Of a DNA stretch of 64,000 nucleotides, positions 30,536-39,064 are shown one piece after another. The DNA comes from Candidatus Latescibacterota bacterium (GTDB lineage: Bacteria; Latescibacterota; UBA2968; UBA8231). Location of the stretch: positions 5,344,001-5,408,000 of the forward strand of contig CBDETK010000013.1 in assembly GCA_965242865.1 (NCBI GenBank). Reading direction: 5' to 3'. The position numbers and the translations under genes are program-made. The notes beneath the pieces are model-generated. The model searched no databases. It was not told the DNA's origin and was given only the letters and a program-made list of their open reading frames with translations. Position 1 is the stretch's first letter. Each line of letters begins with the position of its first letter.

Positions 30536-31816
30536 ATGGAAATGCTCGTGACCTTCGCCTTAGTTTTTGCGGTGTTGCTCGTCGTGGTGATCGTCATCGT
30601 CACGACGAATCTCTTTATCTGCCAGCCCAACGAAGTCATCATCTTCTCGGGCCGCAAACGCCAGACGGCCGACGGCCGCGCCGTGGGCTATCGCGTCATC
30701 AAGGGAGGCCGCGCCTTCCGCATCCCGCTCCTCGAAAAGGTCGATCGCCTCGACTTGCGCACGATTCCCCTCGAAGTATCCATTGCCAACGCGTACTCCA
30801 GAGGCGGAATCCCCCTGTCGGTGCAAGGCATCGCCAATATCAAGATCGCCGGCGACGAGCCTCTGCTCGGCAATGCGCTAGAGCGGTTCTTGGGCAAAGA
30901 GCTCACCCAAGTCCAAGACATTGCCAAGGACACCCTCGAAGGCAACCTGCGCGGCGTCCTCGCCACCCTGACCCCCGAAGAGGTCAACGAAGACCGCCTC
31001 AAATTTGCCCAATCGCTCATCGGCGAAGCGGACGTGGATCTGCAAAAGCTGGGCTTAGTGCTCGACACGCTCAAAATCCAAAACGTCTCCGACGAGGTGG
31101 GTTATCTCGACGCCATTGGCCGCAAGAGCACGGCCGCGGTCCTCAAGGAAGCCGAAATCGCCGAGGCCGAAAACCGCGCCGAATCACAGGAGCGATCCGC
31201 CGAAGCCCGCCGCCGCGGCGAGGTGGCCGACGCCGAAGCCCAAGTCCAGATCGTCGATGCCCAAAACCTGCTCCGAGTGCGCCAAGCCGAGTTGGAAGGC
31301 GAGGGGTCGGCGGCCGAGAAGCGCGCCGCGCAAGTTGCGCGCAAAGCCGAGGTCCAAGCCGAACAGGAGGTTGAGCAGGAGCGCTTGGCACTGCAAAAGC
31401 GGCGGCTAGAGATCGAGGTCATTGAGCCGGCCCGCGCCGACCGCGACGCGGCCGAATTGCGCGCCAAGGGCGAGGCGGCCAACATCCGCGAAAACGGCCT
31501 CGCCGAGATCGAGGTCCTCAAGCAGAAAAACGAGGTCTGGACCATCGCGGGTCCCAATGGCAAGGAACTGTTGCTGATTCAGATGCTGCCGAACTTGGTC
31601 GAGCAAATCGCCGCCATGGCCAAGGACATCCAAATTGACCACCTCGCCGTCGTGGATTCCGGCACCGGCGGTCAGAGTGGGTTGCCAGCGGTCGTCAGCC
31701 AACTCGGCGCGCTGGCGCCGGCGCTCTTCGCCAGCATCAAGGCCACCACTGGCGTCGATTTGGCCGCTGTCATCGGCGACGCGGCCGACGGCCCAGTCCC
31801 AGCGCAGGAAGCGTAG
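30536..31816 (+). CDS. Flotillin / SPFH domain protein
   Basis: N-terminal TM helix, ICQPNE, LEGNLRGVL, EA-rich coiled coil; AGGAGG RBS. Confidence 0.9.
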   Translation: MEMLVTFALVFAVLLVVVIVIVTTNLFICQPNEVIIFSGRKRQTADGRAVGYRVIKGGRAFRIPLLEKVDRLDLRTIPLEVSIANAYSRGGIPLSVQGIANIKIAGDEPLLGNALERFLGKELTQVQDIAKDTLEGNLRGVLATLTPEEVNEDRLKFAQSLIGEADVDLQKLGLVLDTLKIQNVSDEVGYLDAIGRKSTAAVLKEAEIAEAENRAESQERSAEARRRGEVADAEAQVQIVDAQNLLRVRQAELEGEGSAAEKRAAQVARKAEVQAEQEVEQERLALQKRRLEIEVIEPARADRDAAELRAKGEAANIRENGLAEIEVLKQKNEVWTIAGPNGKELLLIQMLPNLVEQIAAMAKDIQIDHLAVVDSGTGGQSGLPAVVSQLGALAPALFASIKATTGVDLAAVIGDAADGPVPAQEA

Positions 31817-31817
31817 C

Positions 31818-32318
31818 GTGGATTTCTTTTATCTGTACTTGAGCGGCTTGCTCGTCGGGGGGATCGCCGTTGGGGCCTCGCTGCTGGGCGGCGATGGCGA
31901 TGGCGTGGGCGACGGCCTGCGGGCACTGGCCATTTTGCGGCTGCGGCTGCTGTTCTTTTTTGCCTTCTTCTTCGGGCTGGCCGGGGTGCTCGGCAGCCTG
32001 CTGATGGGCGCGGGTGCTGCGTTGTTCACGGCACTGGGGACCGGGGCAGTCTGCTCCCTCTTGGGCGACTGGGTGTTGAATCGATTGAGCGACTCAAGGG
32101 CCGACAGCTCGCTGGAGGGCGACGACTTAATCGGCCTCGAAGCCCAAGTCACGGTCCCCATCGCCTTGGGCGGCACCGGCAAAATTTCCGCGGTCGTCCA
32201 AGGCCGCACCATCGAGCTGTTGGCGCGCCGAGCCGAGGACCAAGGCCCCCTCAACCCGGGCGACCGGGTCTTGGTCCTCGAAATCGACGATGGAGTCGCG
32301 GTCGTCGATCCGAGCTAG
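31818..32318 (+). CDS. NfeD-like membrane protein (short form)
   Basis: Hydrophobic N-terminus plus OB-fold tail (LIGLEAQVTVPI..G..G.RVLVLEID); 1 bp after flotillin. Confidence 0.8.
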   Translation: MDFFYLYLSGLLVGGIAVGASLLGGDGDGVGDGLRALAILRLRLLFFFAFFFGLAGVLGSLLMGAGAALFTALGTGAVCSLLGDWVLNRLSDSRADSSLEGDDLIGLEAQVTVPIALGGTGKISAVVQGRTIELLARRAEDQGPLNPGDRVLVLEIDDGVAVVDPS

Positions 32319-32325
32319 TGCTGCG

Positions 32326-33663
32326 CTACCTCCCAAAGCGGCAGACGATTTCGTAGAGCACCTGCGTTGCAAAGAGCAACTCCTCCACGGAGGTGCGCTC
32401 GTCGTGGCCGTGGATCAATTCCATCTCCTCCTCGCCCGGCTGCTGCCGATAGGGCATAAAGCCATAGATCTGGGTTTCGGGGCGGCGCGGTACAATGTGC
32501 TTGGCGTCGGTGCCGGCGGGCATCAGGTACGGGAGCACGGGGGCGGCTGGATCGCGTTCCTGCATTGTCGCGGCGATCGCCCGGAAGAGCGCAGTATCCG
32601 CGCTCGCCTCCAACGGCGGCGTGTATTGATCAACCTCAATGGCCACCTCAGTGCCGACAAATGCGCGCAGCTCGGCCGCGAAACTCTCGGCCGTCTGCCC
32701 GGGCACTAACCGCCCATCGATCCAAGCGGTCGCCTCCCCGGGAATCACATTGATCTTGGAACCAGCCTGCACCAGGGTCGCCGAGGCCGTGTTGTGCAGC
32801 ACCGCGCTCAACTCGCGGCGCAAGGTGTGGCCGATGGGCAGCACCCGCAGCGCGTCAGCGGCCGTCGCTTGGTCGAGCACTTGCTGCCACAGGGCCGCCT
32901 CCAGGGCTGGACGGCGGCTGGCAATCCCCTCGACAAAGCGGCGCACACTCGCGGACCGGTGCATGGGGAACGCGGCTCCGGCCAAACCGGCCAGCGCGCT
33001 GGACAGCTTGACGATGGCGTTGTCGCCGTGCGGCATGGAGCCGTGCCCGGGCGTTCCACGGGCGATCAGACGCAGCCGGCACAACCCCTTTTGCCCGGTC
33101 TGGCAGGTGTAAAACCGCTGCTCGCCAACGGCGAAGTCGCTGCCGCCGCCCTCGGTGATGATGAAAGGCGCGTCCCACAGCTCGGGTCGATTGTCGATAA
33201 TCCACCCCGGCCCGTGATTCCCTTTGCCCGCTTCCTCGTCGGCTGTGGCGGCAAAGACGATGTCGCAGTTGAGCCGGACGCCTTCTCGGCGCAACAAGAG
33301 CAACACCATCAGATTCGCGGCGACCATGTTCTTCATGTCCAACGCGCCCCGCCCCCACACGCAGCCGTCGGCGAGTGCCCCGGAAAAAGGCGGGTGGGTC
33401 CAGTGCTCCGGCTCGGCAGCCACCACGTCTGTATGCCCCAACAGCATGAGCGGCGGCTCGTCGCCCCCGGCTAGCCGGGCGAGGACATTGCCCCGCCCGG
33501 GCGAGGACTCGACGAAAATCGGGGCAAAGCCCTCCCGCCGCAGCACACCTTCGAGATAGCGCGCGGCCTCGCTTTCGTTGCCCGGGGGGTTGGTGGTGTC
33601 GAGGCGGATGAGGGCCTGCAAATGCCCGGTCACCTCGGCGCGTACCGCTTCCCAGTTGATCAC
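32326..33663 (-). CDS. M20/M25/M40 family metallopeptidase/aminoacylase
   Basis: TTNPPGNE, GHTDVV, GRGALDMK, ADEEAG, GHGS, AGTD, IHGHDER; GTG start inferred. Confidence 0.9.
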   Translation of the reverse strand: MINWEAVRAEVTGHLQALIRLDTTNPPGNESEAARYLEGVLRREGFAPIFVESSPGRGNVLARLAGGDEPPLMLLGHTDVVAAEPEHWTHPPFSGALADGCVWGRGALDMKNMVAANLMVLLLLRREGVRLNCDIVFAATADEEAGKGNHGPGWIIDNRPELWDAPFIITEGGGSDFAVGEQRFYTCQTGQKGLCRLRLIARGTPGHGSMPHGDNAIVKLSSALAGLAGAAFPMHRSASVRRFVEGIASRRPALEAALWQQVLDQATAADALRVLPIGHTLRRELSAVLHNTASATLVQAGSKINVIPGEATAWIDGRLVPGQTAESFAAELRAFVGTEVAIEVDQYTPPLEASADTALFRAIAATMQERDPAAPVLPYLMPAGTDAKHIVPRRPETQIYGFMPYRQQPGEEEMELIHGHDERTSVEELLFATQVLYEIVCRFGR

Positions 33664-33827
33664 AATGGTTCCTTTCTCATCATGGTGCAAGAACGGCACG
33701 GACTTAGGCCAATTGTGCGCAACCCCTGCCAATTTTTCCAAGCCGCGCTGCCAGCATGGGCCATGCCCTCTTTGCGTCAAAAAAACTCAACTCTTTGTAT
33801 AACAACGAGATATAAAAAAATTTAAGC

Positions 33828-33852
33828 ATGTTGGCACGGCTTTTGCAATACA
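33828..33852 (+). promoter_or_regulatory. Sigma-54 -24/-12 promoter of hsp20
   Basis: TTGGCACGGCTTTTGCAA consensus match about 55 nt upstream of ATG 33903, preceded by an AT-rich tract. Confidence 0.8.
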
Positions 33853-33902
33853 ATGGGCAAAGGCCATATACACCAACCACCACTCAACAAGGAGGAAACA
33901 TC

Positions 33903-34364
33903 ATGGCCATCAAGACCTTACTGCCCAGCGTGTGCGTCAGCAATCGCCCGTGGCGCAGCCCGTTCGACCACCTCTTCGACGCCTTCTTCGGCGGCGACTC
34001 GCGCCTGCCCGTTTTGCCCGGCCACGCGACGTTCACCCCGCGCATCGACGTCCGGGAGGACGCCAACTCCTACGAGATCGCGGCCGAACTGCCGGGACTG
34101 GCGGAAAAGGACCTCGAACTGTCCATCGCCGACGGAACCCTCGTGCTGCGGGGGGAAAAGGGCAGCGACCACGAGGGCAAGGAAGGCCAGTACTTCCGCC
34201 AAGAGCGCCTCTACGGCCGCTTTGAGCGCACCTTCCACCTGCCCGACGGCGTAGAGGCCGACAAGATCGAAGCCCAGTTCAAAAACGGCGTCTTGTCGAT
34301 CCACCTGCCCAAAAAGGAGGAGGCCAAAACGGTCGTCCGCCAGGTCCAAGTCAAGACCGGCTAG
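33903..34364 (+). CDS. Small heat shock protein Hsp20/alpha-crystallin
   Basis: PRIDVRE, AELPG, ER.YGRFERTFHLP, AQFKNGVLSIHLPK; AAGGAGG RBS. Confidence 0.95.
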   Translation: MAIKTLLPSVCVSNRPWRSPFDHLFDAFFGGDSRLPVLPGHATFTPRIDVREDANSYEIAAELPGLAEKDLELSIADGTLVLRGEKGSDHEGKEGQYFRQERLYGRFERTFHLPDGVEADKIEAQFKNGVLSIHLPKKEEAKTVVRQVQVKTG

Positions 34365-34381
34365 CCGGCCTTGAGACGCGC

Positions 34382-34428
34382 AAACGGGGAGGGGTCGCAC
34401 GGCCCTTCCCCGTTTCGTTTTATTTTTA
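34382..34428 (+). terminator. Rho-independent terminator of hsp20
   Basis: AAACGGGGAGGGG...CCCTTCCCCGTTT stem followed by a T-rich tract. Confidence 0.85.
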
Positions 34429-34779
34429 TCCTGAGTACACTCAATAACTCTGCATGCAACAAGCTGTTGACAAAATCAGCATATCCTAAGCATATCCTAT
34501 AATAATGATGCTGTCCTCCACACTTGTAATGCGGGCCTTGTGCCTCTGTATCCGTTCGGAGCGACAACAGGATGGGTGGGTGAGGGGTGTCTTACTCCCG
34601 CACGGTGCCGCCGCCCAAACCAGGCCGCGCACCCAATGCCCACGACGCGCCCCTCACCCCGCCCTTTCAGAGTGGCCAATCGGAAACCCGACCGCAACAG
34701 ACAAATGACGGCACGAGTCGTCATGCAAGACTAGGCCAAAAGCGACACGAGTTTTAAGACCGCTTCTGAGGATTGCCTT

Positions 34780-35705
34780 AGAAGCCTTTTTAAAATTCTT
34801 TTTTTTTGTTTTTTCGCTTGAGCAACAGATGGATCATAACGATATGTATAAAGGCTTGGCTATTGTCGGTTACGATCTCATAGTCTTTGGCGTGGATACG
34901 ATAGTTGCCCAACCAAGCAAAGGTTCGTTCTACGACCCACCGGCGTTTGAGTAGAGTAAAGCCGGGTCGTGGTTTTTCGCTGCCCTCCAATCGGATTTTA
35001 TAGGTTTGTTTTAATCCGGCGCCCCATGCGTTGAGGGCTTCGCCTCGATAGCCGGCATCGACCCACACGCTTCTCAGCCGTTGGACGCCGGCGGCGAAAT
35101 AGTCCCTCAACAGGGCCTTTAAGCCATCGGCGTCGGAGATGTGGGCGGCGGTGACCTTGCCTTGCAGGATCGAGCCTTGGCTATTGACGAACAGGTGGCG
35201 TTTGCGTCCTTTGACCCGTTTACCGGCGTCATACCCTATGTCGGTGCCTTGCGTAGCGGTTTTCACGCTCTGGGCGTCGATGCCGCCGGCCGAAGGAGTG
35301 GGCGGCCGGCCTTGTCGGGTGCGCTGTTGGCGGGTCAAGGCGTCCAATATCCGCTGCCAGGGTCCGGCTCGTCGCCAGCGGTTGAAGTATCCATACACTG
35401 TTTGCCAAGGGCCAAACGTCGGCGGTAGCATCGGCCCCGGGCAGCCGGTTTTAGCTCGATAGAGAATCCCATTGAGCACCAAACGTAGAGTACGGGGAGG
35501 ACGACCCGGACCCCCCCGACGCCAACGACGAGAGGGTACGAGGGGAGACCGCCGCTGCCATGGCGCGTCTGTTAGGTCGGTCGGATATTGATAGGGCGTG
35601 CTCATCGGAGACCTTTCGTTCAGGGGTCTTAGGCGAAACCTGAAGGGGTGCGGTGAATACGCCAACGTCAAATCCAAGCAAAAAAGGAGTTTTAAAAAGG
35701 CTTCT
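34780..35705 (-). mobile_element. IS5-family insertion sequence (926 bp)
   Basis: Perfect 16-bp TIRs AGAAGCCTTTTTAAAA (34780-34795) and TTTTAAAAAGGCTTCT (35690-35705) flanking a transposase; no exact target duplication seen. Confidence 0.88.
34790..35605 (-). CDS. IS5-family transposase, possibly degenerate
   Basis: YPTDLTD, GRP, IDAQSVK, GYDAGKRVKGRKRH, VDAGY, RRWVVERTFAWL; several conserved positions look substituted (GCPGPMLP, FVNSQG). Confidence 0.85.
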   Translation of the reverse strand: MSTPYQYPTDLTDAPWQRRSPLVPSRRWRRGGPGRPPRTLRLVLNGILYRAKTGCPGPMLPPTFGPWQTVYGYFNRWRRAGPWQRILDALTRQQRTRQGRPPTPSAGGIDAQSVKTATQGTDIGYDAGKRVKGRKRHLFVNSQGSILQGKVTAAHISDADGLKALLRDYFAAGVQRLRSVWVDAGYRGEALNAWGAGLKQTYKIRLEGSEKPRPGFTLLKRRWVVERTFAWLGNYRIHAKDYEIVTDNSQAFIHIVMIHLLLKRKNKKKEF

Positions 35706-35782
35706 GAACAGATCGGCAAGACGACGGATTTTGAACTTGTGACGTGGCTGGTGATTAAATAGCAATCCCATATCATTCAGGA

Positions 35783-35807
35783 CTGGATTCCCGCGTTCGC
35801 GGGAGTG
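35783..35807. repeat. REP-like palindrome
   Basis: CTGGATTCCCGCGTTCGCGGGAGTG, related to the copies at 61546-61685. Confidence 0.55.
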
Positions 35808-36060
35808 CAGCAGGGTCTGCCATGCCCGGAGAAACACACCTTGTTTCACCCATTGACGGAACCGACCATGCACCGTTGAGCCGGGAGGATAGGCTGGCCG
35901 CGTGGCCGCGGAAGGGCCTGCCACGGCCAGCCGCTGCACAACACAAAGATCAAGGCGTCAAAGATAACGCGGTTGGGGGTGGCTGGACGTCCGACCGTGC
36001 CGGGTGGAGAGAGGCCGTCAAAAAGAGGGATTGGACAGGCAATAGCATAAAACAGGTTTA
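35805..36060 (-). pseudogene. Frameshifted N-terminal remnant of a second IS5-family transposase
   Basis: VGRPATPNRVIFDALIFVLCSGWPWQALP followed in another frame by YPPGSTVHGRFRQWVKQGVFLRAWQTLL. Confidence 0.75.
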
Positions 36061-36067
36061 GGTCTGC

Positions 36068-36274
36068 TTACTTGAGCAAGTTGAGCATTTTTGCCTGTGC
36101 AGATTCTGCAATTGAATCCCGAATAAAGTCACTCGCCCTGAGAATTTCAATGCCAATGAGCTCGCCCTTGTCATTGTATTCTACTGTTATATTGGGACTA
36201 AGTTCAATGCTGCCGTTTTCCGGGTCGTCCGATATCTCCAAGTATAGGATGTCCTCTTGCTCAAAATATTTCAT
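36068..36274 (-). CDS. DUF2283-like small acidic protein (putative antitoxin)
   Basis: Y..EDILY.....ITVEYNDKGELIGIEIL.AS pattern. Confidence 0.8.
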   Translation of the reverse strand: MKYFEQEDILYLEISDDPENGSIELSPNITVEYNDKGELIGIEILRASDFIRDSIAESAQAKMLNLLK

Positions 36275-36333
36275 CGGTCAAATCCGCATAAAGAGGCTTT
36301 GTACTTCAGATAGTCCGTCCAAGCAACTCTCAT
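36271..36333 (-). pseudogene. 20-codon relic of the toxin partner of the DUF2283-like gene
   Basis: MRVAWTDYLKYKASLCGFDR*, with ATGA overlaps at both ends. Confidence 0.5.
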
Positions 36334-39050
36334 TGGCTCTCAACCAGTGCCTTGATGCGCACCGGGCAGACCTTGAGCTCGGCGGTGTGGGTGACCGGGT
36401 CGTACCCGGAGCCGGTGAGGATGTTGATCGGCACGTCGTTGAAACTGAAGCTGGCAAAGACCGTGCCGCGCGGCGAGCGGGTGGTGGCCTTGAGGCGGAT
36501 TTCGATGGCGCCGCGGGTGCTGGACAGGCGACACAAGCCCCCGTCTTGCAACCCCCAAGCGGCGATGTCCTCGGGGTGGACTTCGAGGCGCTCTTCGGCG
36601 AGCAGGTAGTCGATCCCTTGGGCGCGGCCGGTCTGGGTGCGGGTGTGGTACGCTTGGAGCCGGCGGCCGGTCGTCAGCCAAACCGGGAACTCGGGCGAAA
36701 GGGTCTCGGCCGGGTCGCGGTAGCGGATGATCTTGAACAGGCCGCGCCCGTTTTTGAAGGCCCCCTCGTGCAAAATCGGCGTCCCCGGATGCCCTTTTTC
36801 AGGCACGGGCCATTGGTACTGGCCCGCGTCAATTCGGTCCCAATCGAGGCCGGCGTAAATGGGCGACAGCCCGCACAGCTCGTTGAACACGTCCTCGGCC
36901 GAGGTGTAGTCGAAGCCGCTAAAGCCGAGCCGCTGGGCGAGTTGGCTTATGATCCACCAGTCGGGCTTGGCCTCGCCGGGTGGGGGCACGGCTTGGCGCA
37001 GGCGCTGGACCCGGCGCTCGGTGTTGACGCAGACCCCATCGGTCTCGGCAAAGGCACTGGCCGGGAAGACTACGTCGGCCAGCGCGGCCGTCTCGGTGAG
37101 GAAGATGTCGATGACCACGAGGTGCGCTAGGCTCTTGAGGGCGCGCTCGCAGTGGTGGCGGTCTGGGTCGGAGACGACCGTGTTTTCGCCATCGATAATC
37201 ATGGCAAAAATTTCGCTGCCGCAGCGGTTGAGCGCTTGGACTTTGGTGATGCCTTTGGCCAAGTCCAAGTCCCGCCCGTAGAGCGCGGTGAATTTTTCCC
37301 TGTTTTCTGGCTGGTCAACCGGCTGGAAGCCGGGGTAATTGGATGGAATGGCTCCGGAATCGCCGGCGCCTTGGATGTTGTTCTGCCCGCGCATGGGGTT
37401 GATGCCGGTGCCCTCGCGGCCGACGTTGCCGGTCAGCAGGGCGAGATTGCACAAGCTCTGGACGTTGTCGACGCCGCAGATGTGCTCGGTGATGCCGAGG
37501 GTGTAGTAGATGGCCCCGCGGTCGGCGGCCCCGTACCAACGAGCGGCCCGTTCAATGTCGGCCGCGGGCACCTCGGTGATGGCCGAAGCCCATTCGGGCG
37601 TGAACTCGGCGACGTGCGCTAGGAAGTGCTCAAAGTCGGCCGTGCGCGCTTCGATAAAGGCGCGGTCGAGCAGGTCGTCGCGGACGATCACGTGAGCCAT
37701 GGCCAACAGCAAGGCCACGTCCGAGCCGACGCGGATGGGCAAGTAGAGATCGGCCAGGTGCGCGAGCTCGATTTTGCGCGGGTCGGCGACGATCATCTTG
37801 GCCCCGCGCTTGAGGGCCTTTTTGAGCCGGGTGGCCGCGACCGGGTGGCACTCGGTCATGTTGGTGCCGATGCAAAAGATCAAGTCGGGTTTTTCCATGT
37901 CGGCGAGGGGGTTCGACATGGCGCCGCGTCCAATTGAGGCTGCCAGACCGGCAACCGTGGGCGCGTGTCAGGCACGGCTGCAGTTGTCTATGTAGTGGGT
38001 GCCGTAGCCCCGGCGAATGAACTTTTGCAGGCAGTAGTTGGCCTCCGAAGGGGTGCGGCCGGAGGCGACGCCGTAGATGGCGTAGCGACCGTGCTCGGCG
38101 AGCACTTGGGCAAAGCCTTGGGCGGCGCGGTCGAGCGCGGTGTCCCAGTCGGTGGGGTGGAGTTGGCCGTCCGCGCCGCGAATGAGGGGCTGGGTGAGCC
38201 GGTCGCGGTGCTGGACAAAGTCAAAGGCAAACTGGCCCTTGACGCACAGCGCGCCCTCGTTGGCCGGGCCGTCCATGGCCGGTTGGATGCCGACGAGGGT
38301 ATCCCCTTTGGACAGCAGATCCACCGAGCAGCCCACGCCGCAGTACGGACAGACCGAGCGGGTCTTTGCCAACTCGTCGGGCAGGTCGGCCGCGCGCAGG
38401 GCCTTTTTGTCGGCGAGGGCGCCGGTGGGGCAGGTCTGGACGCATTGGCCGCAGAAGGTGCAGGACGAATCCTTGAGTAGGCCATTAAACTCCGTGGTGA
38501 TCTGCTTGTGGAAGCCGCGTCCCATGGCGGCAATGGCGTGGTCGCCTTCCTGCTCGGCGCAGACGCGGACGCAGCGGTTGCACGAGATGCACAAGTCGTA
38601 GTCGCGCAAGATGAAGGGGTTGTCGTCGGTGGGATGCGACTGGCCCGATTGGCCGCCTTGGAAGCGGCCGGAGCCGGCCTGATAGCGATCGACGAGGGCG
38701 GTTAGCTCTTGGGAAGCGTACCCGCGCAGGGGGTCCACCGCCACTTCGCGGTTTTCCGAGACGACCATTTCGAGCAAGGTCTTGCGGTGCTTTTCGAGGG
38801 CCGGGGTCGCCGTTTTGACGACCATGCCGGGCGCGGCTTGCGCCGTACAGGAGGCGACCGGATTGCGCGCTCCTTCGATTTCGACCACGCACAGCCGACA
38901 GGCGCCAAAAGGTTCTAGGCGCGGGTCGTAGCAGAGGGTGGGGATGTCGCGGCGCTGGCGTTGGGCGACTTCGTAGAGGGTTTCGCCCGCGGCAAAGGCG
39001 ACTTCTTGGCCGTCTAAGGTCAGGGTGGGTTGTGGCTCATTGGCAGGCAC
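36330..39050 (-). CDS. fdhF: Selenocysteine-containing formate dehydrogenase alpha subunit (Mo/W-bis-PGD, N-terminal Fe-S domains)
   Basis: Two track ORFs are in frame across TGA 37968-37970: IDNCSRA-U-HAPTVAGL; CPYCGVGC, LCVKG, RGQNNIQG, LTTGR; start GTG 39050 inferred. Confidence 0.92.
37938..37956 (-). promoter_or_regulatory. Bacterial SECIS element
   Basis: Hairpin GGTTGCCGGTCTGGCAGCC starting 11 nt after the UGA, similar to the E. coli fdhF SECIS (GGUUGCAGGUCUGCACC). Confidence 0.85.
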
Positions 39051-39064
39051 GGTACGGCTCTCGT

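Noticed and set aside
34777-35708. Target-site duplication of the IS5 element
   Set aside because: Flanks read TTA versus TGA at best; no exact duplication
37968-37970. Nonsense mutation / fdh pseudogene
   Set aside because: TGA is at the catalytic Sec position with a SECIS hairpin
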